The notes beneath the pieces were generated by a model, which worked only from the letters and a program-made list of their open reading frames with translations, did no database searches and had not been told where the DNA came from. The position numbers were made by a program, and so were the translations under genes. 64,000 nt of DNA from an uncultured Eubacteriales bacterium (GTDB lineage: Bacteria > Acidobacteriota > Aminicenantia > Aminicenantales > Aminicenantaceae), in the NCBI GenBank assembly GCA_964400735.1, contig CAYNVQ010000006.1, positions 46,800 through 110,799 of the forward strand, written 5' to 3'. This document shows, piece after piece, positions 57,301 through 64,000 of the stretch. Positions within the stretch are counted from its first letter, which is position 1. Every line of letters starts with the position of its first letter.

Positions 57301-57482
57301 TCGGGTATATCTTTGCCAAGAGTTTTTATACGCTCGGCAGGATATACCAGAATCTTGGCAACAATGCCAAAGCTGAAGAGAATTACAACAAATTTCTGGC
57401 TCTCTGGTTCAATGCCGATCCTGGCATTTCTGAGGTCAATGATGCTAAAAATCGTCTAACCCGGCTGAATAGGACGCCTTGA
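54342..57482 (+). CDS. Membrane Ser/Thr-protein-kinase-like protein (predicted pseudokinase): N-terminal zinc ribbon, kinase-like domain with HGN in place of HRD, one TM helix, large extracytoplasmic TPR domain
   Basis: The zinc ribbon is KCPHCNHENPPNMIYCEECG. A Ser/Pro/Glu-rich linker follows. The kinase subdomains are the Gly loop LGEGKTSHVY, VAIK as VALKLIK, and a catalytic loop VIHGNLKPQNI in place of HRDLKPxNI. DFG and SPE are present. The TM helix is LVPGLIAVGVVVVAILVW. About 650 aa of TPR-like repeats follow. Confidence 0.8.
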   Translation: MEAHKVKCPHCNHENPPNMIYCEECGEMLIHVKYSREQPSKSGEEPAASPEPSEVSDSSKDTSQPSSEELKSGGMFAGRYKILGKLGEGKTSHVYKVIDSKTGQEVALKLIKSDSAPDDRTFKRIQKEFKTVRKLSHKHICRMVHLGTFKGTRYVTMEYLAGEPLKDAIKRMGQFTFRKSLFTAKQICEGLAEAHRMGVIHGNLKPQNIKVDEFGNVHIMDFGLTGFTKGEKKNDAAYRSPEQMRGEEIDRRTDIYSLGIILYEMLTTRLPISGEIPISLAQEQQIPGSFSRMILKCLVKEKENRIQSAEEILEVLNNLDTEAPSTEKVVPERKPAFTKKRAVRFDGRKFLVPGLIAVGVVVVAILVWQFMIVQKIGSVPEGKPSLAVVYFENSTADKSIDYWGRMIAESFTADLGQSKYLDVSSSEKLYAVLDELGLLKAKTYTPPVLKNVARIAGVDYIIFGNYAKKGELVSLQIFLRKIQKEKPVASWSEDFSGGDSLFTAVDGLTKKIKQRFKLKKEQLADDLDREVSQITTGSPEAFRYYLEGQRSYLERNYQQSMESMKKAVAIDPEFALAYKYLTMAYVRLGLSSEREEAFQKVMDLSDRIAEKELYTLEGDYFLESEETYDKAIEAFTKLTQLYPDDSTARLNLGGIYFTIEELDKALEQFEQIKGDQAETFNTFALIADIYMMEGLYDRAEEGLRNYLNNFSDKGWTHHFLAFTYIAEGNSYFAQNEIDEASVLDPQNPLSPYLKGVYFTLTGSFVDAEKEYQRLLKRKDISGSYLGYHGLANLKLVQGRLRESREYLNEVIALSRKIGVQWIESQALSILALRLLEAGSPQNALRVCNLASDAATSAGRLDLQRLALHYKGLAYVVLRSFSRANRTAEQLKELIEKGSHEKEIRRYHHLIGMIELERKDYSKAIENLELALSLLPHQSSLGNEAHIRNSQALFINSLALAYYRSGDLERAVEQYERINSLTSGRLFFGYIFAKSFYTLGRIYQNLGNNAKAEENYNKFLALWFNADPGISEVNDAKNRLTRLNRTP

Positions 57483-57595
57483 TATCGATTAATAATAAAT
57501 TTGGATTGTTAAAAAAAAATGCTGATAACCTTAATCTTGAATCGTGAATGATCCGAATGAATTTTTTTGAAAGGTAATCAATTAGGAGGGTTTTT

Positions 57596-57889
57596 ATGTT
57601 TGCACGCGTGACTTCCGCCAGGATAGATAAGGATAAGATCGAGCAATTGAAAAAAATTTATGAAGAGAACGTGGTTCCTGCAGCAAAAAAGCAGAAGGGA
57701 TTCAAGGGAATTTGCCTAATGGTCGATCGAAAGACTGGAGAGGCTTTATCCATCAGTTACTGGGCCACCCAGGAAGATGTTCTGACAACCGAGAAAAATC
57801 TGTACTACCAGCAACAGGTGGCCAGGTTCCTTCCTTATTACACCCGCGATCCCATCCGCGAAGGCTACGAAGTGCTCATCCAGGAATAG
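57596..57889 (+). CDS. Small ABM/Dabb-like (ferredoxin-fold) protein, copy 1
   Basis: It is 97 aa and behind the RBS taggagggtttttATG. Its beta-alpha-beta pattern, MFARVTSARIDKD..GFKGICLMVDRKTGEALSISYWATQEDVLT, resembles antibiotic-biosynthesis-monooxygenase-type domains. It is 45-50% identical to copy 2. Confidence 0.55.
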   Translation: MFARVTSARIDKDKIEQLKKIYEENVVPAAKKQKGFKGICLMVDRKTGEALSISYWATQEDVLTTEKNLYYQQQVARFLPYYTRDPIREGYEVLIQE

Positions 57890-58039
57890 GGGACGTTCCT
57901 TTAGGAACCACCCCATTTTTTGAATGAGTTCTGGATTCATCCACTCTGAGTTGGGATCCCCCATTTGATACATCCTTCCTGTTTGATGCTCACCAATATT
58001 ATTTTTGTGAGATAGGGTGGTTCCTAAAGGAACGTCCCC
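57889..58039. repeat. ~150-bp element bounded by perfect 24-bp inverted repeats, GGGGACGTTCCTTTAGGAACCACC and GGTGGTTCCTAAAGGAACGTCCCC, copy 1
   Basis: The left arm at 57889..57912 begins in the stop codon, within TAGGGGACG. The right arm lies at 58016..58039. Each arm contains the sub-palindrome GTTCC-TTTA-GGAAC. The ~100-bp interior is about 85% identical to copy 2. Confidence 0.7.
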
Positions 58040-58180
58040 CTTGTTCTATCAGGGGCTTTGACATATTGTGATTTTATTATAAGATAGAAATAAGGAAAAT
58101 TGTTTCATGGGGTGCACCATAAGCCAAGGAAGGCATGGGGGGCAAACCCCAAGGATAGAGGAATGATGGAGGGATAAATC

Positions 58181-58474
58181 ATGTTTGCACGCTGCACGAC
58201 TATGCGATTCAAGATCGCTTTTATAGATAAAGCTATCGATATTTATAACCAAAGCATCCTTCCTGCTGCGAAATCACAGAAAGGATTCATGGGGCTCAAT
58301 TTTTTCCTGGACAGAAAGACGGGAAGAGCGGTTTCCATCGCTATCTGGGAAAGCGAAGAAGATGCCTTAGCCAATGAAAAGAGTCATTACTACCAGGAGC
58401 AGCACATCAAATTGATGAGCCTTTATTCCATGCCGCCCATTCGCGAAGGCTTCGAAGTTATCGTCAGAATATAG
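58181..58474 (+). CDS. Small ABM/Dabb-like protein, copy 2
   Basis: It is 97 aa and behind the RBS gatggagggataaatcATG. Its own putative promoter, TTGACA-N16-TAAGAT, lies at about 58056..58084. Shared segments with copy 1 include MFAR.T..R......D......I.PAAK.QKGF.G........TG.A.SI..W...ED.L..EK..YYQ......L.....PIREG.EV. Confidence 0.55.
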   Translation: MFARCTTMRFKIAFIDKAIDIYNQSILPAAKSQKGFMGLNFFLDRKTGRAVSIAIWESEEDALANEKSHYYQEQHIKLMSLYSMPPIREGFEVIVRI

Positions 58475-58624
58475 GGGACGTTCCTTTAGGAACCACCTCA
58501 TTTTTGAAAGGAGTTCTGGAAGCATCCCTGTCTGAGTTGGGATCCCTCATTTGATACTATCCTTCCTTTTTACGGTCACCAATATAATTTTGTGAGATAG
58601 GGTGGTTCCTAAAGGAACGTCCCC
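58474..58624. repeat. Second copy of the 24-bp-IR-bounded element
   Basis: The left arm is at 58474..58497 and the right arm at 58601..58624. Both are identical to the copy-1 arms. Flanks are conserved: ...TAGGGGACG on the left and CGTCCCCCTTGT on the right. Confidence 0.7.
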
Positions 58625-58720
58625 CTTGTCATTTTTTTTATGATATGATATTGCATTTCTTTAAAAGTCATTGCTCGAATCAAAAAAAACAAGGGGAATA
58701 ATTATGATAGGAGGTCTGCT

Positions 58721-61165
58721 ATGAGACGGTCGATATGTCTTCTTTTCGTATTGATTGCAACGGCTTCATTTTTATCGGCTGAACTTCCCGCCATCAGCCA
58801 GAAAACAGCCGGCATGAAAAAATATTCCGGCTTCTTTAACTTTTATTGGGATGCCGGTGCCGGCAAGATTTGGCTGGAGGTCGATAAATTCGATACCGAA
58901 TTTCTGTATGTGAGCTCTTTGCCAGCCGGCATCGGATCGAATGAAATTGGGCTGGATGGCCGCCAGATGGGAGAAACCCGCGTCGTTTATTTCCAGCGCA
59001 TGGGCCCGAAAATTCTGCTCGTTCAACCGAATTATTCCTTCCGGGCGACCTCTGACAATCCTGCTGAACGAAGGGCTGTGGAGGAAGCCTTTGCCCAGTC
59101 GATTATTTGGGGATTCAAAGCCGAGGCAGAAGAAGGAGACCGGGTCATGGTGGACGCCACACCGTTCTTGATGGAGGATGCTCATGGGGTAATCCCTAGA
59201 CTCCAACGAGCCGGTCAGGGAAATTTCAGAGTCGACTCGACACGCTCCTCAATCTATTTGCCCCGAACCAGAAACTTTCCCCGAAATACAGAGATTGAGA
59301 CCATTCTGACTTTCACCGGCCAGAATCCGGGAATGTTGCTCCGCCAGGTTGTGCCTGATCCGAGCTCGCTCACTGTCAGGCAGCACCACTCCTTCATCCA
59401 ACTTCCTGATGATGGCTACGAGCTTCGCATGTACGATCCACGTTCCAACTTCTTCGGGATGACCTATCTGGATTTCTCGGCACCCATCGACCAGCCTTTG
59501 ACTAAAGCCTTTATCGCGCGCCACAGGCTTAAAAAGAAGGACCCGAACGCCGAAGTGAGCGACCCTGTCGAGCCCATCGTCTATTATGTGGATCCCGGAG
59601 TTCTGGAGCCCATACGGTCGGCTCTAATCGAGGGAGCGAGCTGGTGGAATCAGGCTTTCGAGGCCATAGGATACCATAACGCCTTTCAGGTTAAAGTCCT
59701 TCCCGAAGATGCCAATCCCATGGATATCCGTTACAACATGATCAACTGGGTACACCGCTCTGCCCGGGGTTGGTCTTACGGATCGTCGGTCACGGACCCC
59801 AGAACTGGAGAGATCCTGAAAGGGCACGTGGCCCTCGGGTCACAGCGCCTACGCCAGGATTTCTTGATTGCCCAGGGCTTGGTGGCCGAATACGATGGAA
59901 GCCCAGAAGCTTCCCAGGAAATGGTGGAGCTGGCCCTGGCCCGCATCCGGCAGCTATCCTGCCACGAAGTCGGCCACACCCTCGGAATGGGGCACAACTA
60001 TGCGGCCAGCGTCAATGACCGGGCATCGGTCATGGATTATCCCCACCCCTTGGTCAAGATTGATGCGGATGGCTCGCTGGATCTTTCCGATGCTTATGCT
60101 ACGGGAATAGGCGAATGGGACAAGGTTTCTATAGCCTATGGGTACCAAGATTTTCCTGAAGGCGTCGATGAAGAAAAAGAACTGAGAAAGATTCTCGACG
60201 ATGCCTTCTCCAGAGGACTGGTTTTTCTGGCCAGCCAGGATGCCGGTCCTTCCAGCGCCCATCCGCTCGCGGCGACATGGGATAACGGAAAGGACCCTGT
60301 GAACGAGCTGGAACGGCTGATGAAAATAAGGGCCATTGCCCTTCAGGATTTTTCACAAAAAAGAATCCCCATGTGGGCGCCCATGGCCACTCTGGAAGAG
60401 GTTTTGGTGACAACCTATCTCTTTCATCGATACCAGGTAGAGGCGGCCGCCAGCGTTCTGGGAGGCCTCATCTACAATCACAGGCTCCGGGGAGATATCC
60501 AGAAGAACCCTCAGATCGTCCCGTCGGAGGAGCAGAGACGGGCCCTGGATGTGATTCTCAAGACCGTTGCTCCGGCGAATTTGGCTATCGACGAGAAAAT
60601 TCTGGGCATCATTCCGCCCCGGCCTCCGGGATACCGGCAAACGCGGGAGCTTTTTTCCGGGTATACCGGTATGACCTTCGATCCTCTGGGGGCTGCCGAA
60701 GCAGCTGCTAATCTGACCATAGGATTGATCCTCCGCCCGGAAAGGTCCGCCCGGCTCGTGGATTATCATGCCAGGAACAGCGATTATCCCGGTTTTGGAG
60801 AGGTTTTGGACAAGATTATCGAATTTACCTGGAAGAAGACCTACGAATCCGGGAAATTGGCGGAGATCCAGCGGGTAGTCAACAATGTGGTTTTGTATCA
60901 TCTGATGAGCCTGGCTGCAGATGAGAGGAACGCCCCACAAGTCAGGGCCATCGCTTTCGCCAAACTGGATGGACTGAATAGGTGGCTCAAAGGGCAAATA
61001 AACCGTAAAATCGATAGTCTGTCTTTTACAGAAGATGCCAATCAAAGGGCCCATTTTATCTATGCCAGCGGAAAGATCGATCTGTTTCAGAAAGACCCCA
61101 CAAAAATCACGCTTCCGGCTCCCCTTTATCCTCCGCCCGGACCCCCCATCGGGATGGTCGATTGA
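58721..61165 (+). CDS. Secreted zinc metalloprotease, metzincin-like HExxHxxGxxH
   Basis: The signal peptide is MRRSICLLFVLIATASFLSA. The extended zinc-binding motif is HEVGHTLGMGHN. A candidate Met-turn, SVMDY, follows. It is 814 aa with long flanking domains. Confidence 0.75.
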   Translation: MRRSICLLFVLIATASFLSAELPAISQKTAGMKKYSGFFNFYWDAGAGKIWLEVDKFDTEFLYVSSLPAGIGSNEIGLDGRQMGETRVVYFQRMGPKILLVQPNYSFRATSDNPAERRAVEEAFAQSIIWGFKAEAEEGDRVMVDATPFLMEDAHGVIPRLQRAGQGNFRVDSTRSSIYLPRTRNFPRNTEIETILTFTGQNPGMLLRQVVPDPSSLTVRQHHSFIQLPDDGYELRMYDPRSNFFGMTYLDFSAPIDQPLTKAFIARHRLKKKDPNAEVSDPVEPIVYYVDPGVLEPIRSALIEGASWWNQAFEAIGYHNAFQVKVLPEDANPMDIRYNMINWVHRSARGWSYGSSVTDPRTGEILKGHVALGSQRLRQDFLIAQGLVAEYDGSPEASQEMVELALARIRQLSCHEVGHTLGMGHNYAASVNDRASVMDYPHPLVKIDADGSLDLSDAYATGIGEWDKVSIAYGYQDFPEGVDEEKELRKILDDAFSRGLVFLASQDAGPSSAHPLAATWDNGKDPVNELERLMKIRAIALQDFSQKRIPMWAPMATLEEVLVTTYLFHRYQVEAAASVLGGLIYNHRLRGDIQKNPQIVPSEEQRRALDVILKTVAPANLAIDEKILGIIPPRPPGYRQTRELFSGYTGMTFDPLGAAEAAANLTIGLILRPERSARLVDYHARNSDYPGFGEVLDKIIEFTWKKTYESGKLAEIQRVVNNVVLYHLMSLAADERNAPQVRAIAFAKLDGLNRWLKGQINRKIDSLSFTEDANQRAHFIYASGKIDLFQKDPTKITLPAPLYPPPGPPIGMVD

Positions 61166-61427
61166 TGTATTTCTCTTGTTCTGTGCAATGCTGTTGTGTT
61201 TGAGGTTGTTCTGAAGTGACTGGAATGACGTATGACTCTAAGAAACAGGGAAATGTCTCCGCTCTAATTCAGATTTTTTCCTGTTCCTTCACAATTGTTT
61301 CATTCCCAATCATTCTGTGATAAAGACTCAAGTTCATTCGTTTTTATTGCGAGAGGAGAGAGGGTAAAGGCGTATGATTTTCTTCGGTTTTTTGAAAATA
61401 AATGAGATTCAGTCATAAGGAGGTCCT

Positions 61428-64000
61428 ATGATCAAAAAAATGATACCGGTATTTTGTCTTGCTATGTGTCTTGTTTTCCTGGTTTCATCCTTGTCGGCAC
61501 AGGACGAAAACCTTTTCAATGAGGAGCTTCTGAAGTTTTTCACCTTCCGTGAACTGGGTCCGGCCGTGCAGGGATCGCGGATCCTGGATATCGAGGTTCC
61601 TTCGGAAAAGCCTTATACTTTTTACGTTTCGTTCGCAACAGGAGGGTTGTGGAAGACGGAAAACAACGGGACCACCTTTACTTCCCTATTCGACCATCAA
61701 GCCGCACCGGCAATAGGGGATGTGGCCATCGCTCCTTCCAATCCTGATATAGTATGGATAGGGACGGGAACAGCAGCTTCGGGACGTTTGACCATAAAGG
61801 GGGCCGGCGTTTTCAAATCCGTGGATGGAGGGAAGTCCTGGAAATATCAGGGACTGCGGGAAACCCGACACATAGGCCGGATCTCCATCCATCCCCATAA
61901 CCCGGACATCGTGTATGTGGCGGCCCTGGGATATCACTTCAGCTACAATCAAGAACGAGGCCTCTTCAAGACCACAGACGGAGGAGTGACCTGGGAGAAG
62001 GTCCTCTACATCAGCGATAAAGTCGGGGTGGTGGAGGTGGTCCTGGACCCCAAAAATCCGGATACGGTGTATGCAGCCTCCTACGACAAATGGCGGCTTC
62101 CCTGGCATTTCGAGGAATCCGGCCCGGAAACCGCCATCTATAAATCCTCGGATGCGGGCAAAACCTGGAAAAAATTGAGCAACGGCCTTCCCATAGGAAA
62201 ACTTGGGCGGATCGGTCTGGCTATATACCCTAAGAATCCAAATATCCTGTATGCCATTATCGAAAATGCCAACATGCGCCCTCCCACCGAGGAAGAGGCG
62301 AAGAGAGACGAAGAGCGCGGCGAGGAGCCCCAGGAGAGGAGAATCGGAGGTGAGCTCTACCGCACCGAAGATGCCGGGGAGACCTGGAAAAAAATAAATT
62401 CCACTGAAGATAATCTGGGCGGAGGCAAGTGGTACGGACAAGTCAGGGTGGATCCCAACAACGACCAAGTGGTCTATGTCTTGAACACCCCTCTCCAGAG
62501 GTCGGCGGACGGAGGCGAAACCTGGGGAAAAAGGGGAGTCGAAAATATCGCCCGTAACGTCCACGTGGACCATCATGTGGTGTGGATAGATCCGGAAAAT
62601 TCGGATCATATCATCCTGGGAAACGATGGAGGCCTGGCGGTGACCTATGACTGGGGAAAGACCTGGGATGTTTATGAAAATATTCCAGGAGCCCAGTTCT
62701 ATGCCATTGGCGTAGACATGGATGAACCCTACCATATCTACGGCGGGACCCAGGACACTGGATCGATGAAGATTCCGAGCAACAGCGTCTACGGAGAGAT
62801 CACGCGGGAGGACTGGGCCTCGGTCGGAGGTGGAGACGGTATGTACAATCAGGTGGATCCCAATGACAGCCGATGGCTGTATAACGATTACCAATTGGGA
62901 GCCATCCAGCGTTTCGATCAAAAGTTGGGGCGGGGAACCAGCATCCGTCCTAGAAGAGAAAGCGGGGAAAAACCCTACAGGTTCAACTGGACAGCACCGA
63001 TTCATATCTCTCCCCATAACAGCCGGATCATCTATCTGGGCGCCGAAGTGCTTCTCCGGTCTATCAACCGGGGAGCCGACTGGCAGGAGATAAGCGCGGA
63101 CCTGACCACCAACGACCCCGAGAAACTCAAAGGAAACATCGAGCACTGCAACATCACCACGATTTCCGAATCTCCTTTGACACCGGGAATTATCTGGGTC
63201 GGAACGGATGACGGTAAGGTGCAGCTCACCAGAGATGGCGGGGGGAACTGGACCGATACTACGGCCAACCTCACCCAGGCCGGAGCTCCGGAGGATTTCT
63301 GCGTGAGCCGGGTCTTCGCCTCCCATCACGATGAGGGAACGGCCTATGTGGTCAAGACAGGATTCCAGAGAGACGATTTCCGGCCCTTCATCCACAAAAC
63401 CACGGATTTCGGTCAAACCTGGATTTCCATCTCTGGAGACCTGCCCGACGGAGTGGTCCATGTTATCGTAGAAGACAGAAAAAATCCAAACCTTCTCTTT
63501 GTGGGCAAGGAATTCGGTGTTTGGGTGTCTATAGAAGGGGGCGACAGATGGGTGCGCCTGATGAACAACATCCCCACCCAGGATATCTATGACCTCGTGA
63601 TCCATCCACGGGAGAATGATCTCGTGGTCGGGACCTACGGCCGGGGGATATATGTAGCGGACATCACGCCCCTTCAAGAGATGAGCGAAGAAGTATTGGC
63701 GAAAGAGATGCATCTTTTCGATGTGGAGCCTAAAATACAGTGGATATACAAGCAGAGGCAGAATTCTGCCGGACAAAGACACTTCACCGCTTCCAACGAA
63801 ACGAACGGGATCGTGGTCAATTACTATCTGAAAGAGAAGATAAAAGATTCCGTACGGGTATTGATCAAAGATCTGGTGGGAAACGAATTGGCGGCTTTGA
63901 AGGGCATGTCTGGTTCGGGGTTGCATAAGGTGGTCTGGGACATGCGCAAACAGTTGACCAAGGAAGAGATGGATCAAATGGACGCTGCTTCCCGGTTTCG
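61428..64000 (+). CDS. Secreted BNR/Asp-box repeat protein (sortilin/Vps10-like or sialidase-like beta-propeller); 3' end outside the window
   Basis: An uninterrupted + strand frame runs from the ATG at 61428 to the window end, over 857 codons, and the ORF track omits it. The RBS is aaggaggtcctATG. The signal peptide is MIKKMIPVFCLAMCLVFLVSSLSAQ. Nine or more Asp-box motifs (S/T-x-D-x-G-x-T/S-W) are present: SVDGGKSWK, TTDGGVTWEK, SSDAGKTWKK, TEDAGETWKK, SADGGETWGK, TYDWGKTWD, TRDGGGNWTD, TTDFGQTWIS and SIEGGDRWVR. The listed 763-aa minus-strand ORF 61686..63977 is its antisense shadow. Confidence 0.8.
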   Translation, partial: MIKKMIPVFCLAMCLVFLVSSLSAQDENLFNEELLKFFTFRELGPAVQGSRILDIEVPSEKPYTFYVSFATGGLWKTENNGTTFTSLFDHQAAPAIGDVAIAPSNPDIVWIGTGTAASGRLTIKGAGVFKSVDGGKSWKYQGLRETRHIGRISIHPHNPDIVYVAALGYHFSYNQERGLFKTTDGGVTWEKVLYISDKVGVVEVVLDPKNPDTVYAASYDKWRLPWHFEESGPETAIYKSSDAGKTWKKLSNGLPIGKLGRIGLAIYPKNPNILYAIIENANMRPPTEEEAKRDEERGEEPQERRIGGELYRTEDAGETWKKINSTEDNLGGGKWYGQVRVDPNNDQVVYVLNTPLQRSADGGETWGKRGVENIARNVHVDHHVVWIDPENSDHIILGNDGGLAVTYDWGKTWDVYENIPGAQFYAIGVDMDEPYHIYGGTQDTGSMKIPSNSVYGEITREDWASVGGGDGMYNQVDPNDSRWLYNDYQLGAIQRFDQKLGRGTSIRPRRESGEKPYRFNWTAPIHISPHNSRIIYLGAEVLLRSINRGADWQEISADLTTNDPEKLKGNIEHCNITTISESPLTPGIIWVGTDDGKVQLTRDGGGNWTDTTANLTQAGAPEDFCVSRVFASHHDEGTAYVVKTGFQRDDFRPFIHKTTDFGQTWISISGDLPDGVVHVIVEDRKNPNLLFVGKEFGVWVSIEGGDRWVRLMNNIPTQDIYDLVIHPRENDLVVGTYGRGIYVADITPLQEMSEEVLAKEMHLFDVEPKIQWIYKQRQNSAGQRHFTASNETNGIVVNYYLKEKIKDSVRVLIKDLVGNELAALKGMSGSGLHKVVWDMRKQLTKEEMDQMDAASRF

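Noticed and set aside
57889-58624. Integron attC-type recombination sites behind the two small genes
   Set aside because: The arms are perfectly complementary over 24 bp, whereas attC sites are imperfect with extrahelical bases. There is no GTTRRRY core and no integrase in the window. Kept as a MITE or structured-element finding.
61686-63977. 763-aa minus-strand ORF in the track
   Set aside because: Antisense shadow of the + strand BNR-repeat gene; it has no motifs, whereas the + frame is stop-free with signal peptide and Asp-boxes.

Overview
This 64-kb window has roughly 50% GC and is densely coding. Its striking feature is a three-gene module repeated seven times, six on the + strand and one on the - strand. 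Each module has an atypical sensor histidine kinase of about 715 aa: two TM helices bracket a roughly 400-aa extracytoplasmic TPR-like domain, and there is no HAMP. Next comes an OmpR-family response regulator of about 230 aa, then a secreted protein of about 720 aa with an N-terminal TPR-like helical domain and a C-terminal PD40/TolB-like 'WSPDGK' beta-propeller. One module carries a tandem second PD40 gene. A further PD40 protein follows an ECF sigma/anti-sigma pair. The modules group into co-varying paralog families in which HK, RR and PD40 protein each have the same closest partner: (1,2), (3,6) and (4,5), with 7 apart. This indicates whole-module duplication. Several modules carry module-specific short motifs upstream of both the HK gene and the PD40 gene.

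Other content:
- a TPR protein (5' partial) and a small OM beta-barrel protein
- a Cys-rich secreted hypothetical protein
- a TonB-dependent receptor with a carboxypeptidase-regulatory-like N-domain
- a two-subunit molybdenum hydroxylase, with (2Fe-2S) and Mo subunits joined by an ATGA overlap
- msrP with a Tat signal and no msrQ
- a vapBC-type TA pair with a frameshifted PIN toxin
- a RelE/ParE toxin remnant
- an Smr-domain protein
- a decayed module scar: a promoter fragment plus a response-regulator 3' end fused into a 29-aa ORF
- a 1046-aa Ser/Thr-kinase-like protein with a zinc ribbon, TM helix, TPR ectodomain and HRD->HGN catalytic loop, so a predicted pseudokinase
- two tandem ABM-like small genes, each followed by a ~150-bp element closed by perfect 24-bp inverted repeats
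- a secreted metzincin-like metalloprotease
- a BNR/Asp-box (sortilin-like) protein that runs off the 3' end on the + strand; the six-frame track shows only its antisense shadow ORF

No rRNA, tRNA or CRISPR array is recognised.
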